This document shows positions 35,023-49,600 of a DNA stretch of 64,000 nt, piece by piece (within the stretch, counting starts at the first letter, position 1; each line of letters starts with the position of its first letter). This DNA comes from the human T2T-CHM13v2.0 reference genome, Homo sapiens. The notes beneath the pieces were generated by a model. That model was not told the DNA's origin. It did no database searches and was given only the letters and a program-made list of their open reading frames with translations. The stretch is taken from assembly GCF_009914755.1 (NCBI RefSeq), contig NC_060927.1; one strand, written 5' to 3'. The position numbers and the translations under genes were made by a program.

Positions 35023-37399
35023 CAGTAATTGATGGGGTTTCTCAAAGAAATCTGAAGGCAGAATAAAGCCAGGGCTCTTGACAGAAAAAAAACACTTGAA
35101 TCTCCCTACACTATGTCTTTAGGACCGTAACACATGTCCCTCATCTCCAGCCTCTCACGTGCTTCTGAACCCCTTTTTTGCTCCAGGGCTTGGACTGAGG
35201 GTCAGGGCATAATGGAAGAGCAGACTTGTAACATACAACGGGCTGCCTCAGACACCCCCAAGGCAAAGCCCTGGCAAGTGAAGGGTAGCCAGGTCAGTAA
35301 CATGCTTGCTTAAATGCGCTCTGAGCAAGCCTCCCCGACATAGTCCACTGCTCCCCATGCGAAGACTGGATGCACATAAACTGAGTGCAGAGAGCCCTGC
35401 TCGATGTAACCACCTGCAGATATTTTTGCCCAAAACTCTGTACCCAAATAGAAAGCTGCTCTAATGATCCGATGGTGCACACTGCACAGGGCTCTGGGTA
35501 AAAGGATGCGGCATGCACCGTGTGGCTGTGTTTCAACTATTCCTATAGGACAGTGTCTTATGCTCACGTCATTTAAATGCACTGTTACTACCTCATGCCT
35601 CTATGTCATTTCATACTATTAAATGAAGATGTCTTATAACAAAATGGAAAAGCCCACGAAGAACACAGATGAGCTGAAGAGGCCTGGAAAAGCCCATGGA
35701 CTAGACAAAAGCTTGGCAGAGGAAGCATTTTAAGTAAGATGAATGTGTGAAAAAGCAGAGTTGGCCCTGTATGTGTCCTGACTTATTCTGCATACAAGAA
35801 ATAAAGAAAAAGCATGAAAGTTGTTGATGCCCATCAATGGTTGGTGACTGGAAAAACCATGAATACACAACATCACGTCTTTAAAAGAAGTTTTAAAGCC
35901 AAGAAAAACACTGGTTGGGTATCCCCAGCCTCTCCCTCCTTCCTCGTGCCACCCCACCCAATGTCCACACCATGAAACCTGCCCTCAGTGGGCTGAGCTC
36001 ACCAGCCTCTGCCTCCTCCTCCCCAAAATGGCTTGAGTGGAACCTGCTTATGGCACAAAATGGCCCTTAGAATGAAGAGGGCACACTAAACAAGATGTGG
36101 CAGGAGGGCATGTGATGCTCAGATGGGGCTGCAGTAAGTCAGCGGAGAAGGCTTCTCACAGGCACTAAGGCGACTTCGATGCATGACTATCCTGCCGTAG
36201 TAGGTACAGAATTTTTAGAATGTACCAACAACTCAACTTCTGTCAGAGATGTTCTATAGCAAAGCCCAACCCCTCCAAAGCCTGCAACCATGCTCAGTGG
36301 GCGACGGTGGTTCCCAGGGCTTGCCTAAGCTGGCGATCTGTGCCCACACCTCGAGAGCTGCATACAATCCAGGCTGAAAGTATCTCTACCTTCTCCACAT
36401 CTGTGTGGACTATGGCAGACAATCCATAAAAGCTAGTTAACAATAAGGAGCGGCTTTGTTACTATCCAAATGGAAGGTCTGCACAACCACACTGCCTAGC
36501 TCTACCACTTACTGGCTGTGTGACTTTGAGTGGGTTACTTAATCTCTCTGCGACTCAATCTCCTCATCTATAAGACGGAGATACTATCAGTCCCTACTTC
36601 TCAGGCTGTGTGAGGACTAAATGCCCAAGCCTGGGTGAGCACGGCACGTCTGTCCACATCACTGTCTAGCTCAGAAGGCACTACCAAGAGGATGGGGGCC
36701 AGGCAGATACTGGGTCCCTGTTTCTTCTTCTGTAGTCCCAAAGATAAACAGTGTATGTTTCTCAGGGGCTGCCACATGAGATGTAAAACTGCTTTAAAAG
36801 AAAGGTTCTCAAGGAAATAATACAAATGGAGCATGCAGTACAGCAGACCCTGACTTGACACCCAATAATTTAACGCATCCTCTTTAAATGCACCCGTAAA
36901 AGAGGCCTGAAATGGAATAAGGAAGGCTCTCTGGAAAGCCTCTGAATACACTGCCTCTTTGTTCTGAGACCCTCTGCCTCTACCCTCTCCAGCGCTGGTC
37001 TCTTCTACGTGAACCTTTGCTCTTACCACCCCCTCCATGTCGAGAGCCCTTAGCCTGGTGCTCAGGTGGAGCTTCCTCAGGGACACTTCCTCGAGTCCCC
37101 AGGCGGAACCCCTCATTCCCCCTCTCCAGTGTGTTCAGGCTTCTACAATCCTCTTCACGCTATACTGGAATTGCCTGCCTGCCTTCCTACAGCCTGTTCC
37201 AGCTGTGAGTCCCTCAAGGACTGGGGACCAGTCTCAGCTCTTCGTCAAGGAAACATCCAATAGCGGGCTTGGCACCAAAGTACTTAAGAGATCCTGATAG
37301 TCCACTGTTCTTATACTTTGGAAACAACACACTGACCTTCTAATCTGTTCTTCTAGAGCAAATATGAGTTTGCTGAGAAATTCACAAACTGAACCGATG

Positions 37400-37614
37400 C
37401 AGTGGTTCTTAAATAGGGGCGATTTGGCCCCCCAGGGGGCAGTTGGCAATGTCGGGAGACATTTTTGGTTGTCACAATGAGAGATTCTACTGGCATTTAG
37501 TGGGTAGAGGCAGGCTGGGGATGCTGTTAAATGCCTTGCAATGCACAGGAGAGCCTCCCACAAGAAAGAATTATCTCATCCAAAGTACCAACAGTGCCAG
37601 GCTGAAAAACTCTG
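37400..37614. mobile_element. MER20 hAT-Charlie DNA transposon
   Basis: cagtggttctt..ggggcgattt.gcccccc.aggggg..ttggcaatgtc..gagacatttttggttgtcaca ... aaaactctg. Confidence 0.85.
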
Positions 37615-39619
37615 GATTCAATGGATAGCTTTCCTAGCAGTGGAGTAATCTAAAAGAGACTCACCAACTGCTTCTATGCATACACAAGGAAAAGGATAAT
37701 TCTTCTGGGTAAACCTCAAGATTATTAATGACCTTCCTTATAGTCATATGGCAACCAACAGGGAAATGAACTCTGTGAAACTCAGCAGGTAACCTGAAGC
37801 CACCCAGAGCCCTGCAGACCCTTCCTCACCAGCGAGTAAAGGGACTCCGTGCTGCCTGCTTCTGCTGCTCTGGGGTAGGGCGGGGGTGCCTTCGCCTCAG
37901 ATGCTAGACCTCAGCCTTGGGGTAGAATCACCACCCTCTGCCCAGGCAAGGAAAATCTTCACAAAGGCCCAGAAAAGCAGACCTAGCGTGTGACTCATGT
38001 AGGCATGAAATGATTGATGAGTCATTTCAAATTTATATTTTTAATGTTATCAACAGTCAAAAAACAATAATGCTTTAAATAAAATTACTTAAATAAAAAT
38101 AATTATCAAGAAAGAAAATCAGAATTGTTCAGATAGAAAAAAAATGAGGTGAAGTAGCCACAGATACGGAGTAATCAGAAAGTGAACCTGTGTGGAAAGA
38201 GGGGTGGAAAAAGCCGGCAGGCACAGAGGAAGTGGCTCAGGGTGTCTGGGGTCCCAGGGACCCGGCTTACATTTCAGTTCTGCACTTACTAACCAGGAGC
38301 CCTTGTACAAGGCACTTCACCTGCTCACCGACCGCTTCTGTACAGGGTTCCTGTGAGGGGGGTTGGCATGCTGGGAACTCAGTGAAGAGCAGGCTGCAGA
38401 AAAGAGGCCGGCTCCAGGGGCCAGCGCCACCACCTACTACCATGGGCCCTGGGCAAAGAAAAGCCAGCGACTTGAAGCAGGTTCATCACCTGGAAGTGGG
38501 GCAGCCCCAGGCACCCACTGCCCTCTCTCTCAGAGCCCACATGAGGGCCCTGCCGGTAAAAACACAAGAAAGATTAGGTCAAGGAAGATTATTTTGGCCA
38601 CGAAAGCCACCTTGTTTTGGCGCATGCTAATCTGGATTCACACTCACTGTGCTGGCTGGGCTAAAGGTGCTTTTCTTTCTTTCTTTTTTTTTTCACTGCC
38701 ATGCACTCTGTGAAGAGGGCTAAAGGTAAAGACATTGTACAAACAAGAAAGAAAGGGGAATGTTTAACCTAATTCAGAAAATAAGTTACTTAAGCACTTG
38801 TGAAACATTTTTCAGCCCAACTCATGAATACAATGTAATAACAAGGATGAAGACACACCCCCAAGGAGGGCCTAACATGTGCCTGACACCAACCCAGCTT
38901 CCTCAAACACATTCTTTCTCATCTCCATAGCCCCAGAAAAGACAGATTATTACCACATGTTACTGGGGAGAAAACTGAAGCTTTGAGAAATGCAGAAGTT
39001 GCTCAGGGGCACCACATGGCAGAGCGAAGCAGACATGGATGCTGGGTCAGGCTGGATCCAGAGCCAGGGATCCTGTTATTTTTAACCACTTGTAAAACCC
39101 CTTCAACAAATCTTCATGTTTGTGCAAATATACTAACTGCAAAAGACTTTAAACAGATATTAAAGCAGCAGAAGCATGAGAGGCCCCAACAGGGCAACAT
39201 GTGGCCAACAGAGGTATTCAAAAGTTTAAAAAAAATGCATTTGGTAAGTTATTCTACAACTCAGATTGTCCCCTAATTCAGACAACTTCCTGTTGTCCTG
39301 ATTTTATTCGAAATTAATGAAGTTACATGATAAATCAAGCAGCAGATTGCCATTATGGATAAATGCTACCAAATAAATAAACATTTAGAAAACCTGAAAA
39401 CTTTCTAAAAATGAAAGCTCTGAGCCAGCCAGTATGCTAACATTGGCCACAACACCAGCTTGGCATGAAAAAAGGGGCGTTCTTCCTTTGCCCATGCTGG
39501 CACTCCAGAAGGAGGAAAGGACAGCGACACTGATTGAGTTTGTGCTGGGTTCCAGACCCAAAGACAGGCGCCTTCACTCGTGAGCTCCAGCTCCAATTCA
39601 GCTGTCACTGTATTCTGTT

Positions 39620-40500
39620 ATTTTACCAGGAGGAGGTGATCACTGGGTGAAAGGCTACTGGGAAACAGAGTATTCACATGATCTCAAAGTATTATCACTG
39701 CAGAGATCCCTTATTAATTGCCCAGGGGAAGATGTACCTTTACGAGGGAGAGACTGAGAGGTCTTCCATCCACCATCACCAAGTCATCAACCTTATTAAC
39801 ACTAATAGTGGGGCAGCGTGATGTCACATGCCTCCTGGTGGAATGTACATGAAACATACAGCGCCGCTTATGGCGTGTTCTTGCCATAAAACTGGGTATC
39901 TGAATCTAATAACTGCTCCAGACCAAACTCAGGAAAACAGGGGCCAGTGAAACAATTCAAACACCACAAGGAAACACCCAGACAACTCCAGAATGTGGGG
40001 CACTCCACACAACAAGCAGCCAGAACTCTTCAAAAAGCCAGAAACATTGAAAAAAAAAAAAAAGTGTGCATGTATGTGTAGGAGGAGGTTCTTCTAGAAA
40101 CGAAAGTGACTGAAAACGTAACCAGACACAACGTGTGGACCTTGATTGGATCTTAGCTTTTAAAAACTCCAGCTATAAAAGACTTGTGACATTTGGGGAA
40201 ATGTGACTATGGACTGGATATGAGATGATATCATGGAGTTATTATTAATTCTCTTAAGTATGATGATGAAATTGTGGTTATGTGGGAGATTGTCCTTATT
40301 TTGGGGAGACTTAGCTGAAGTATTTAGCAGTAAAGTGTGATGCTGGTCACAATTTACCTTCAAATGGCTCAGCCAAAAAAAAAAAAGCATAAAGAGGTAA
40401 AGCAAATGTGACAAAATGTGAACAACTGCTAAATCTAGGTAGAGGGCAGACAGATGTTCAGTGTATTATTTTTCATGTTTTCTACGTTTGACATTTTTAG
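39620..40500 (+). mobile_element. Old L1 3'-end fragment (L1MC/ME-like)
   Basis: gactatggactggatatgagatgat.., gctgaagtattta.., aaagcaaatgtgacaaaatg. Confidence 0.65.
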
Positions 40501-41067
40501 AGATAAAAACCAGGATGGGGTGGGGAGAGGTGATCGTAGGGAAGGTTGTGCCAACACAAGCCTGTTCACACAGAGCACACAGGGAGGCCGGTTTACCACG
40601 GAGAAAACCCCAGAAACTCTCATTTAAGATATCAAAGCTGAGTGGACTGGTTTGTGATTTTTACTTTGGATTGCAGGAAAAAAGTTATCACTTCTCAATG
40701 TTAGCAGTGTTTTTGTAAAACATGGACACATTTCTCCCAGCTGGCTAGGCCCCATGTCTATAACAAAAATAGGCAGGCAGATTTATCCAAGCTCTCAAAA
40801 TGCTTGTTTTATTAAAAACCAATTCTGTCTACACTTCAGCCCAGAACCCTGACTGTGCACGGTGAGGGAGGCTTGAGTTTGCTTTGCATTCACATGTCCT
40901 GAGAGCAAACACCCCCAAATGCCAACACACACACTGGCCAACACGACCTTTGGCTGACAGCTGGTTGGCTACCCTGCACTGGAACAGTTTGCTGAGCTCT
41001 AGGACTGCTTAGCTCTGTTCTGCTGAGACCCTAGCTGAGCAACTTTGTCAAGTCACAGACTATAGAC

Positions 41068-41119
41068 AAAACCACCAAAACGAGGAATTGCTTAAAACCA
41101 CCAAAACGAGGAATTGCTT
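41068..41119. repeat. Perfect 26-bp tandem duplication (AAAACCACCAAAACGAGGAATTGCTT x2)
   Basis: 41068-41093 is identical to 41094-41119. Confidence 0.95.
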
Positions 41120-43985
41120 GGCAAAGCCCCCTCGTTTAAAGCGTTTCTTTCTATGCAGATACCTAGCAGACACTTCAGAAAACTCTAAGTGGAAAGTATC
41201 TTCATAAGCTTGTCTCTGAGTATGTTCATCTTTCCTTGCGTACACAGGGTACCTTAGCTGGAGCCTCTAGGAAGCCCGCCAACTCAACAAGGCAGTGCTG
41301 ACACTGGGACATGTGTGTGAATGGTGCCTGTAACAGTCTGCATGTTTATGCAGCTTGAATAATGGGCTACCATGTATGACCTGGCATATACATTCTCAAC
41401 TGCCTGGACCAAGAGGGTCTATAAACCCTACATAGTAAGGCAAGAAGTCTATCAAAGCACCAGAATGAGAAATTCTTGCAGAACCAGAATCCTCCCCAGA
41501 GACATTAATATATATAAGTAATCTTCCTTCAGGACAAACCTCTCCAGATTAAAAACAAAGAAACAAACAAACAAAAACAAGGCAACGTGTAAGTGGAGAA
41601 AAAAGTGATTTTTCTGGATAGAAAAAGGAACATAAAGACAGTGGTCTGAGGGGTCACTGAAATCAGGGAGGTGAAGTAAGGAAAACTACCTCACAGCTTG
41701 TCTGCAGAGAAATGGGTTCATTCTACAGTCAGAGCTGGTCCAACAGGAAACAATAGTGTTGGCCATCAGGACTGGGGAAGCGTTCCAGAAGACAGGCAGT
41801 GAGCCCATTGCCTCGAGGGCCACGGGTACTCAGAAGGGAAAAGACTGTGATCTCAAAAACAGCCCCTCAAAGGACAACGGCTGTTTAAACTGCTCAGAAC
41901 AGACTGGTTGGTATTTAAAATGTTTGAAGATAACAGAACTGAGGAAGGATGGAGTGGCCTCACCTTAACACACACTAAGACTTCCCTCCCTCAGGGCTGC
42001 GAGGGGGACCCTCGTCAGGGGAGCCTGGCCTTCAACAGATGCCCCTCCTGGCAGCTCCGCCAGACTGAGAAGGACGGAGGACTAATAGCCCAGGACAAAG
42101 CCAAATGGCTCGCAGATGTACTTCCTTAAGGCTACCTTGATCTCGTTCCTCTTCCACCTTAGAGATTTCTTCCTCTTCCCAGTAGTTCAAGAAGGAAAAG
42201 CCTCGCAGTTCTATTTCAACAGGACCAAGAAATCTGAGAGATAAGAAGGGCCCCACCCTGACTGCATCCCAGTCAGTGGGCTTCTTCTTGTCCAGCTCCC
42301 AGAGTACCATTGCCCTGGCCTGCTCTGTCTGCTTCTAGGTAGGGGGAGGAGGCTCTTGCTCTCACCTCCATTTCTGTGTCAGGGCAGACATAGCTCTAGC
42401 CTTTCCAGCTCTTCTCCCCATCACTCCTACCCACATCACCCCAGGACCCACCAGCCATTTCCACAAGCTCTGTCCACGTCAAGCCTCACAGTGAACAAGA
42501 GACTGCTTTCTAGTTCAATCTCTGCACACAGAAAGTACCAACCACAGTGGGATTTGCACATGTGCTCACGCTGAAGATTAAGTAAAGAAGTGAATATGTC
42601 CCTGAAGACTCCACTCAGAACACATTCAACCCGATACACTTCTCAGCTGTGAGCAACTCTGCCCTGTCATCATCACATTTCCTTCTCTGAATCACAAGTG
42701 TCAAACCCTAGGGGACAAGCCGGGCCATCAGCATCAATCAAACCTATGGAAACAGCCAGAGCTAGGCTAAGAAACCTCAGGTTAGGGAGCAAAAGAAAAA
42801 TTTAACCTACACTTCCTTCAGAGAGAAAGGAAGGCTGTCTGGAGGACAGAGAAGTAGGAGGGGTATGAAGATCCACTCACCATGTCTTGAAAACACACAC
42901 GTACAGTACATGCGCCCAAGTCAGCAGCGGATTTTGGCTAAGTTGTCACAAATTATTACTGTGGGAACAAGTGGGTATTTGTTTAGCAGAGAAAAAGCAA
43001 GGCAAGTTGGGACTAAAAAGGAAAGAAAAAGTGGCAAACATAGACAGTTGGGCACTTATAAGACTTATCAAGGACAGGCCACCAGAAGAACGCGGTATCC
43101 ATGATCAGAGCCTCTTCAGGGTTACTTAAAGCCTGAGAGAATTCACTCAAAGAAACCCCAAGTTATAAACAAGCAAGGTGGCCACTCCAGCAACTGGACC
43201 CCACAAGACAAAGGCACACAGCTGCAAGATCCCTCCTGAGTACCCCAAAGCATACTTTCTGCAGGAACTCTCCACTCTGTCCACACAAGCACAGTGGGGA
43301 AGTTTTGAGAACAAGTCATTTTTGGAATTAATGACTCTGCACAGATAGTTATAACCTTTCCTTCCCCCTAAAACGCAGTCACAAGGGCACTCCTAGGCTT
43401 ACATGTCGAGCAAAACTTCTTGTTACTTTAATAAGGGAAGGATGCACACGATGAAAAACAGAAGCCCCCCCCCACCCCCCATCAGCACACATGAGAACAG
43501 GGTGGGGGCTTCCTTCTCTATTCAGCCACTAAGGTGCCCAAGTTTAATGGAAAAGGAAACTTAAAATATAAAGAATAAAAGTGGAAAGGGAACAGCCAGG
43601 GGAAGCTATAGATGCGGCTTATTAGGAAAGCTTGGGACAGAGATGGAACAGGTGGGCCTGTTCCGGAAGAAACGAGAGGAAGGGGATCTGGGGAAGAAGG
43701 CAGACTGGGTGGGTCCTACCCTGACAAAAGGGAAACTAAAGCTGAGGAAGAAGGGCCACGGAGAGGGAGGCGGGTACTGGGAAACGGAAGGCATGGCCCT
43801 AACACTCCAGGTGTTGAGAGGGATGCAAAGTAGCAGGATTTAAATGTGAACGGAGAAGGCAGATCCTTGAAGAGTGAAGGGGCAGAAAAGAGCTCAGCAT
43901 CGCACTGGGGATTGAGGGATGTGGGTTCTAAGCACGAAGAGCCCCTGAGAAGGGGCGGACAAGGGGATGTCACCCTTGGGGGTCA

Positions 43986-44858
<873 letters not shown>

Positions 44859-45372
44859 TTATTTTTCCCTCTAAGGAAAATCCCTATATCCTGGAGAAAT
44901 TATCATCATTCCTGAATTCCACCCTCAGAGATCGTGATTCAGTAGTTCTGGGGTGGGGCCCAATAGTTTGCAGCCTGGATTATTCTGAAGCAAGTGAATA
45001 AGGAAAACAATCTGAGACTGAGTACAGGAGTCTTCCCTCCAACCCAGACATTTGAGTCTTTTTCCTACTTCCCTAGCTAAAGGCTTATCAAGGCCCCAAG
45101 TCTATTTTCTTTTTTCATAGACATAATTTAAATGGTCACCTGAATCCAATCACTTTCATTTGGAAATATACCAGGTTTCACACTGAAAACCTGACGTGCA
45201 CATGTCCCACCTTATTCACTTGGGGAGCACAACTACCTTTAGAGTGTAAAAGACAAATGGTTGGTATTTTCCAGGCTCCAACATCCCCCTGCACACACAC
45301 ACTCCCATCTAACCCTTTCCAACTTCTCAGAACCTGTGCTCTGCCTTTAACAAGACCCTGAGTCCCCATTCT

Positions 45373-45612
45373 CTCACCCATTCTCCCAGCCCAATCTGGG
45401 CTCTCTCTGGATACCTTCTTGTTGGTGCTCTAGAGCCGCTGACCTTCCTGCTGCAGAATGTCAGTGAACACATGGTGTAAGTCCAGTTGACACTCACCCA
45501 TTCTCCCAGCCCAATCTGGGCTCTCTCTGGATACCTTCTTGTTGGTGCTCTAGAGCCGCTGACCTTCCTGCTGCAGAATGTCAGTGAACATATGGTGTAA
45601 GTCCAGTTGATA
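45373..45612. repeat. 120-bp tandem duplication (2 copies, 118/120 identical)
   Basis: 45373-45492 and 45493-45612 differ only at 45471/45591 and 45491/45611 (both C vs T). Confidence 0.96.
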
Positions 45613-46623
45613 CTGAGCTACGTGTTTTCAACGGTAAATATCATCTCTAGGAAAAAGTTTCCTATTAAATAGCCCCCCAAATTCCAATTACCTAAGAGGG
45701 TTATATGCTAGCTAAAAGCTTTCTTGGTGAACAGGAATATTAACCTGATTAGAGAATAAAAATGCAATTCTCCAGCCTTCTCTTACATTTTCACACCTCT
45801 GTGCCTTTATGTAGCATTCTAGCTGCATGGATGCCATTCCCTTTTCCCTGCTCCATGAACTGCTCCTCATGTGTCAAAGCCTTTCTGACCTCCCTCTCCC
45901 TCTTGCTCCCACATTACCTAGTGTGTACTGTTCCACCAAAACTTTTCAGACTGCTAAATTTGACAGCTGTACACATGTCTCTCTCCCACAGCTAAGTGTG
46001 AGCCTCCTGAGGGCAGGAATTATTTTTATTTACCCTTCAATTCAAATTCAGTATGGTGCCTGGTACAGAGAACATGCGACAAAATGCTTAATTTAAATGG
46101 AATTTTAATTTATAAAATTTTAAACTCTCCACAAGTACTGGCCGTGGGCAAATACAGAAAATCAGATTAAAAAAATAAATGGATAAGGGAAAATTAAAAT
46201 TGCATGACTGTCTTTTAGTCTAAGAGGGATCTTATGAGGATGCTCAACAGTTAACAGTACATGTTTAGAGAGAACCAAACAAGAGGCTACGTCTTAAAGC
46301 AGAATAGATTGTGGTTGGGCATAAGGAGACTATTGATTGCTTGAAGACACAGACAGCTCAAGGAAAATTGGACATAGAGCTGAAAAGTGATGTTTTTGAC
46401 AAAGAATTGTTCTGCACATCCAGCTGTGGAGGAATCCTTAAGGCTCACAGAGGAACAAACAAGAAGCAGTCTTCAGAGATCAGGGGCGGAATCCCCAATG
46501 TCAGGAGCAAGGTTGCTGTGGGGAAATTCTACTCTTCCTATCTTTCCTGAACTGGAATTAAAAAGCACCTAAATCCAGAAGGTAAAGGATGAGACAGCAA
46601 GAGAGGGGGAAGAATTCCGGAGT

Positions 46624-46629
46624 TTTATT
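46624..46629 (-). terminator. Candidate distal poly(A) signal AATAAA of SFMBT1
   Basis: TTTATT on the plus strand, with upstream UGUA motifs (46827-46846) and a downstream pyrimidine/GU-rich tract. Confidence 0.5.
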
Positions 46630-49600
46630 AAAGTAGGAAGGAACTTCTCATCTATTTGGAAATGATTCTCTGAGGTCCCGCTGGAAAGAGTTTTAAAAAA
46701 TTTACTCTGGCCAAAATGCCTTCCTTGTTGTCAAATCAGCACAAAGTTAAGGTTAAACATAGCTTAAGACCTGTTCTCTTTAGTTTTCTCACAACCACTT
46801 AAAACTGTCATAACGTACCACCAGTTTATATACAATCATATTTACAAAAAAAACACGCAAAATATTAATCCAAAATAGTTTTTTTTAATCCTTTGAAGTT
46901 ATACCATCAAACTTGATGGTAGTTATTTTAATAGGTATTCTTGTGCATACTTCTTAAGTGTACTTTTATCTTTAATGCATAACTTTTGAAATTAAGAGGA
47001 AAAACAGCAAGCAGGAAGGATACAATGCAATAAGCATTTGATTTTGTTCTAAATGAGCAGCTTTAAAAAAAAAAGGTAAAATACATTAAACAAAGTGCAT
47101 CAGTTCCAACAAGTTAGTATTAAAAAGAGGCCTAAGGACAGTGCTGGAACCAGCCAGGAGTCCCTCCCTGGCAGGCCTCTGATTGTCTTCAGAGAATATT
47201 CAATGAAAAAAAAAAAAAAAAAAAAAAAAGGAAGAAAGGAAGGGAGGGGAAAAGAAATGAGCACTTGAAATCTCAAGGGAAACATTCAAACTACCGTCTC
47301 CAGAGATTCTTGCAAAAGGAGCTAATGGACTGCCCAACTTTAACTCTGCCTAAGCTTTGTAACCTCCCTCAATCATCTGCTTTGTGACTTGATTTGCCCT
47401 AAAAGCCTACCCTCATCCTTTCAGCACTTTTGTCCACCTCCATTCTGCCAAGCTAGGTATGCAGTTAGATTGAATAAACCATGTAGAAACCCTCAGGCCT
47501 GAGTTTCCACACATCCTGAGAACAGGCACCCCCATCAGCAAATGGTGGCACCATTTCACTAGAAGGCACCATTTGCCTCCAGAAATAATGGGAGACCCTT
47601 GCCTCCCACAGATCAGGGTCCGTGCTTTTCTGCTGGTGTTGGAGACTTATCTGGCAAGGCTGTGGCTTGCTTCTCTCTTAAAACAGTCCTTTGTGATAGG
47701 CCATAGCACCAGGACAGACCCAATGGTGTATTAAGTCAAAAAAGACTCAAGAAGAGGGAGTTTTAGGCCTACTTCTCTATCTCCCCAACTCTCCACTCCT
47801 GGTTTTGCTGGTTCTTGTGAAAATCTCAGGCTTCTTAAACACCATACCCAAGAAAATGACTCTGCAGTGCATTTGCTGCCCACCACCTTCTACACCTCCC
47901 CATAAAGCTGCCCTCAGAAACAAGGCTACCTGTGTGGTCTGGGACAAGTACTGAAAAAACACCCCTGAAACCACCCTTGGAGTGGGCCTGGAACCAGATC
48001 CAGTTCGACTGAGCATTGAATTTAAAACTTATGCCCAAACTCTAAGTCATAGGTAGCTTGTTTGGATAAATTCAAGTTTCCAAAGTATGCACATTCTCAC
48101 ATAAGGGGTGGGAGTCATCAAAACTCACTAGTAAAACATCTAAAGTGAACAAAGTCAAGGAAGAATTATAATCGCAGGAAAGTAACATTTCTTTTTGGTT
48201 TTGCAGGAGGCTCTCTGTCCTACGATTTCTGAGTCAGCACCATGACAAACATATGGTTGCTTACAGTGGACCCAGGAGCAAGGAAATCCAAGCTTGAAAA
48301 GGGGGCATCTGGTCCCCACCAAGATTTATACTTCATTTTTTGTAGTGATGCCTTCTACTCATTTAACTTCATAAGACCAACAGATTTCCTACTGATAACA
48401 CAGAACACTTCTGAACTGGTGTGTGCACACACGGCACATCCTCAATATACAGGATCAGAGTTCAAATCCAGGGTGTGTTCCACTGTTGATCAATTAAACC
48501 AGTAAATGGTGTCTCAAATAGAACAATCTTTGGTGATATAGGTGCCAAGTAAATATAATTGCCTGTGATAGTTTTCCCAAATGTTCCCATCTAGATTGCC
48601 TGATATTCTATGTGTCCCTCAGAAACACTTTTTGGCTTGAGAGAGGGAAATGATTCTGAGTCCCACCCTACCTAAGGCCTCCTAAAGCTTTTAAATTGTA
48701 TTCAGGTACCACATTCGTGACTGAATTGGTACTAGAGAGCAAGTAAAGTGTATCCAGGTCCTCTGGAAGCTAAGGTCCAATGTCTTCTCTCTCACAGTGA
48801 GAATATTTTACTTCCAGGAGAAAAGGCATATTAAGGCTAAGTTCTGAACTAGTTTTCTATGTTTGCTTCTACCATAAGTCAATAAATATTTATCAAGAAG
48901 CTCATCTTTTCCAGAGGTTAGTAAGTACCCTTCCCTGACCTCACATATCTATAACATAGATAAATGCTAGGAGCCACCTGCATTGCTGAACAAAGGCAGA
49001 TAGCGTGCAAGCTTCCATAAATGCATTCCCTGCATTAGCCACTTCAACTCTGCTTCAAATGAGAAGGATGAAGATGGTGTACAAAGGAAAACAGCATAGT
49101 CCCCAGAAGCCCTCAAAATCTAGTCAAAATGTCACAGAAAAATCTGCATGTGCAGCAAAAAGGTTTCCCTAGCACACTAATTGAGCAGTAGTAGTCTAAT
49201 ATTGGTCAGCCAGCTTTTCAAGGTCCAGGAGGATGAAGTAGTCCATTAACCTGTTTTCTAAACTTGTCAATTCAGGGTAAAAAATGGGTCATGAAAAATT
49301 TTCTGACCTCAGGCAGGCTGTGGGCCCAGCTGCAGGTGAAATCCAGACAAATGCAGTCCCTTCACAATGTGACTGTTACACATTTAAGAAGTTGGTCTCT
49401 CTAAAAAACAAAGTTCTTGCACCTGTGTGCAACATACCAACATTTTACCCCAACATGGTGAGCTATTATCTGGCTTGAAATCTGTTTCAGCATCACAGTA
49501 ACCAGAACATCATTGTTATCTAGCCCAGTCCCAGCAGCTTTGTGAGGTAAATTAAGTCCAAACTTTAAGTTAAAAAAGTGCCCTGTGCTAAATTCCCAAT

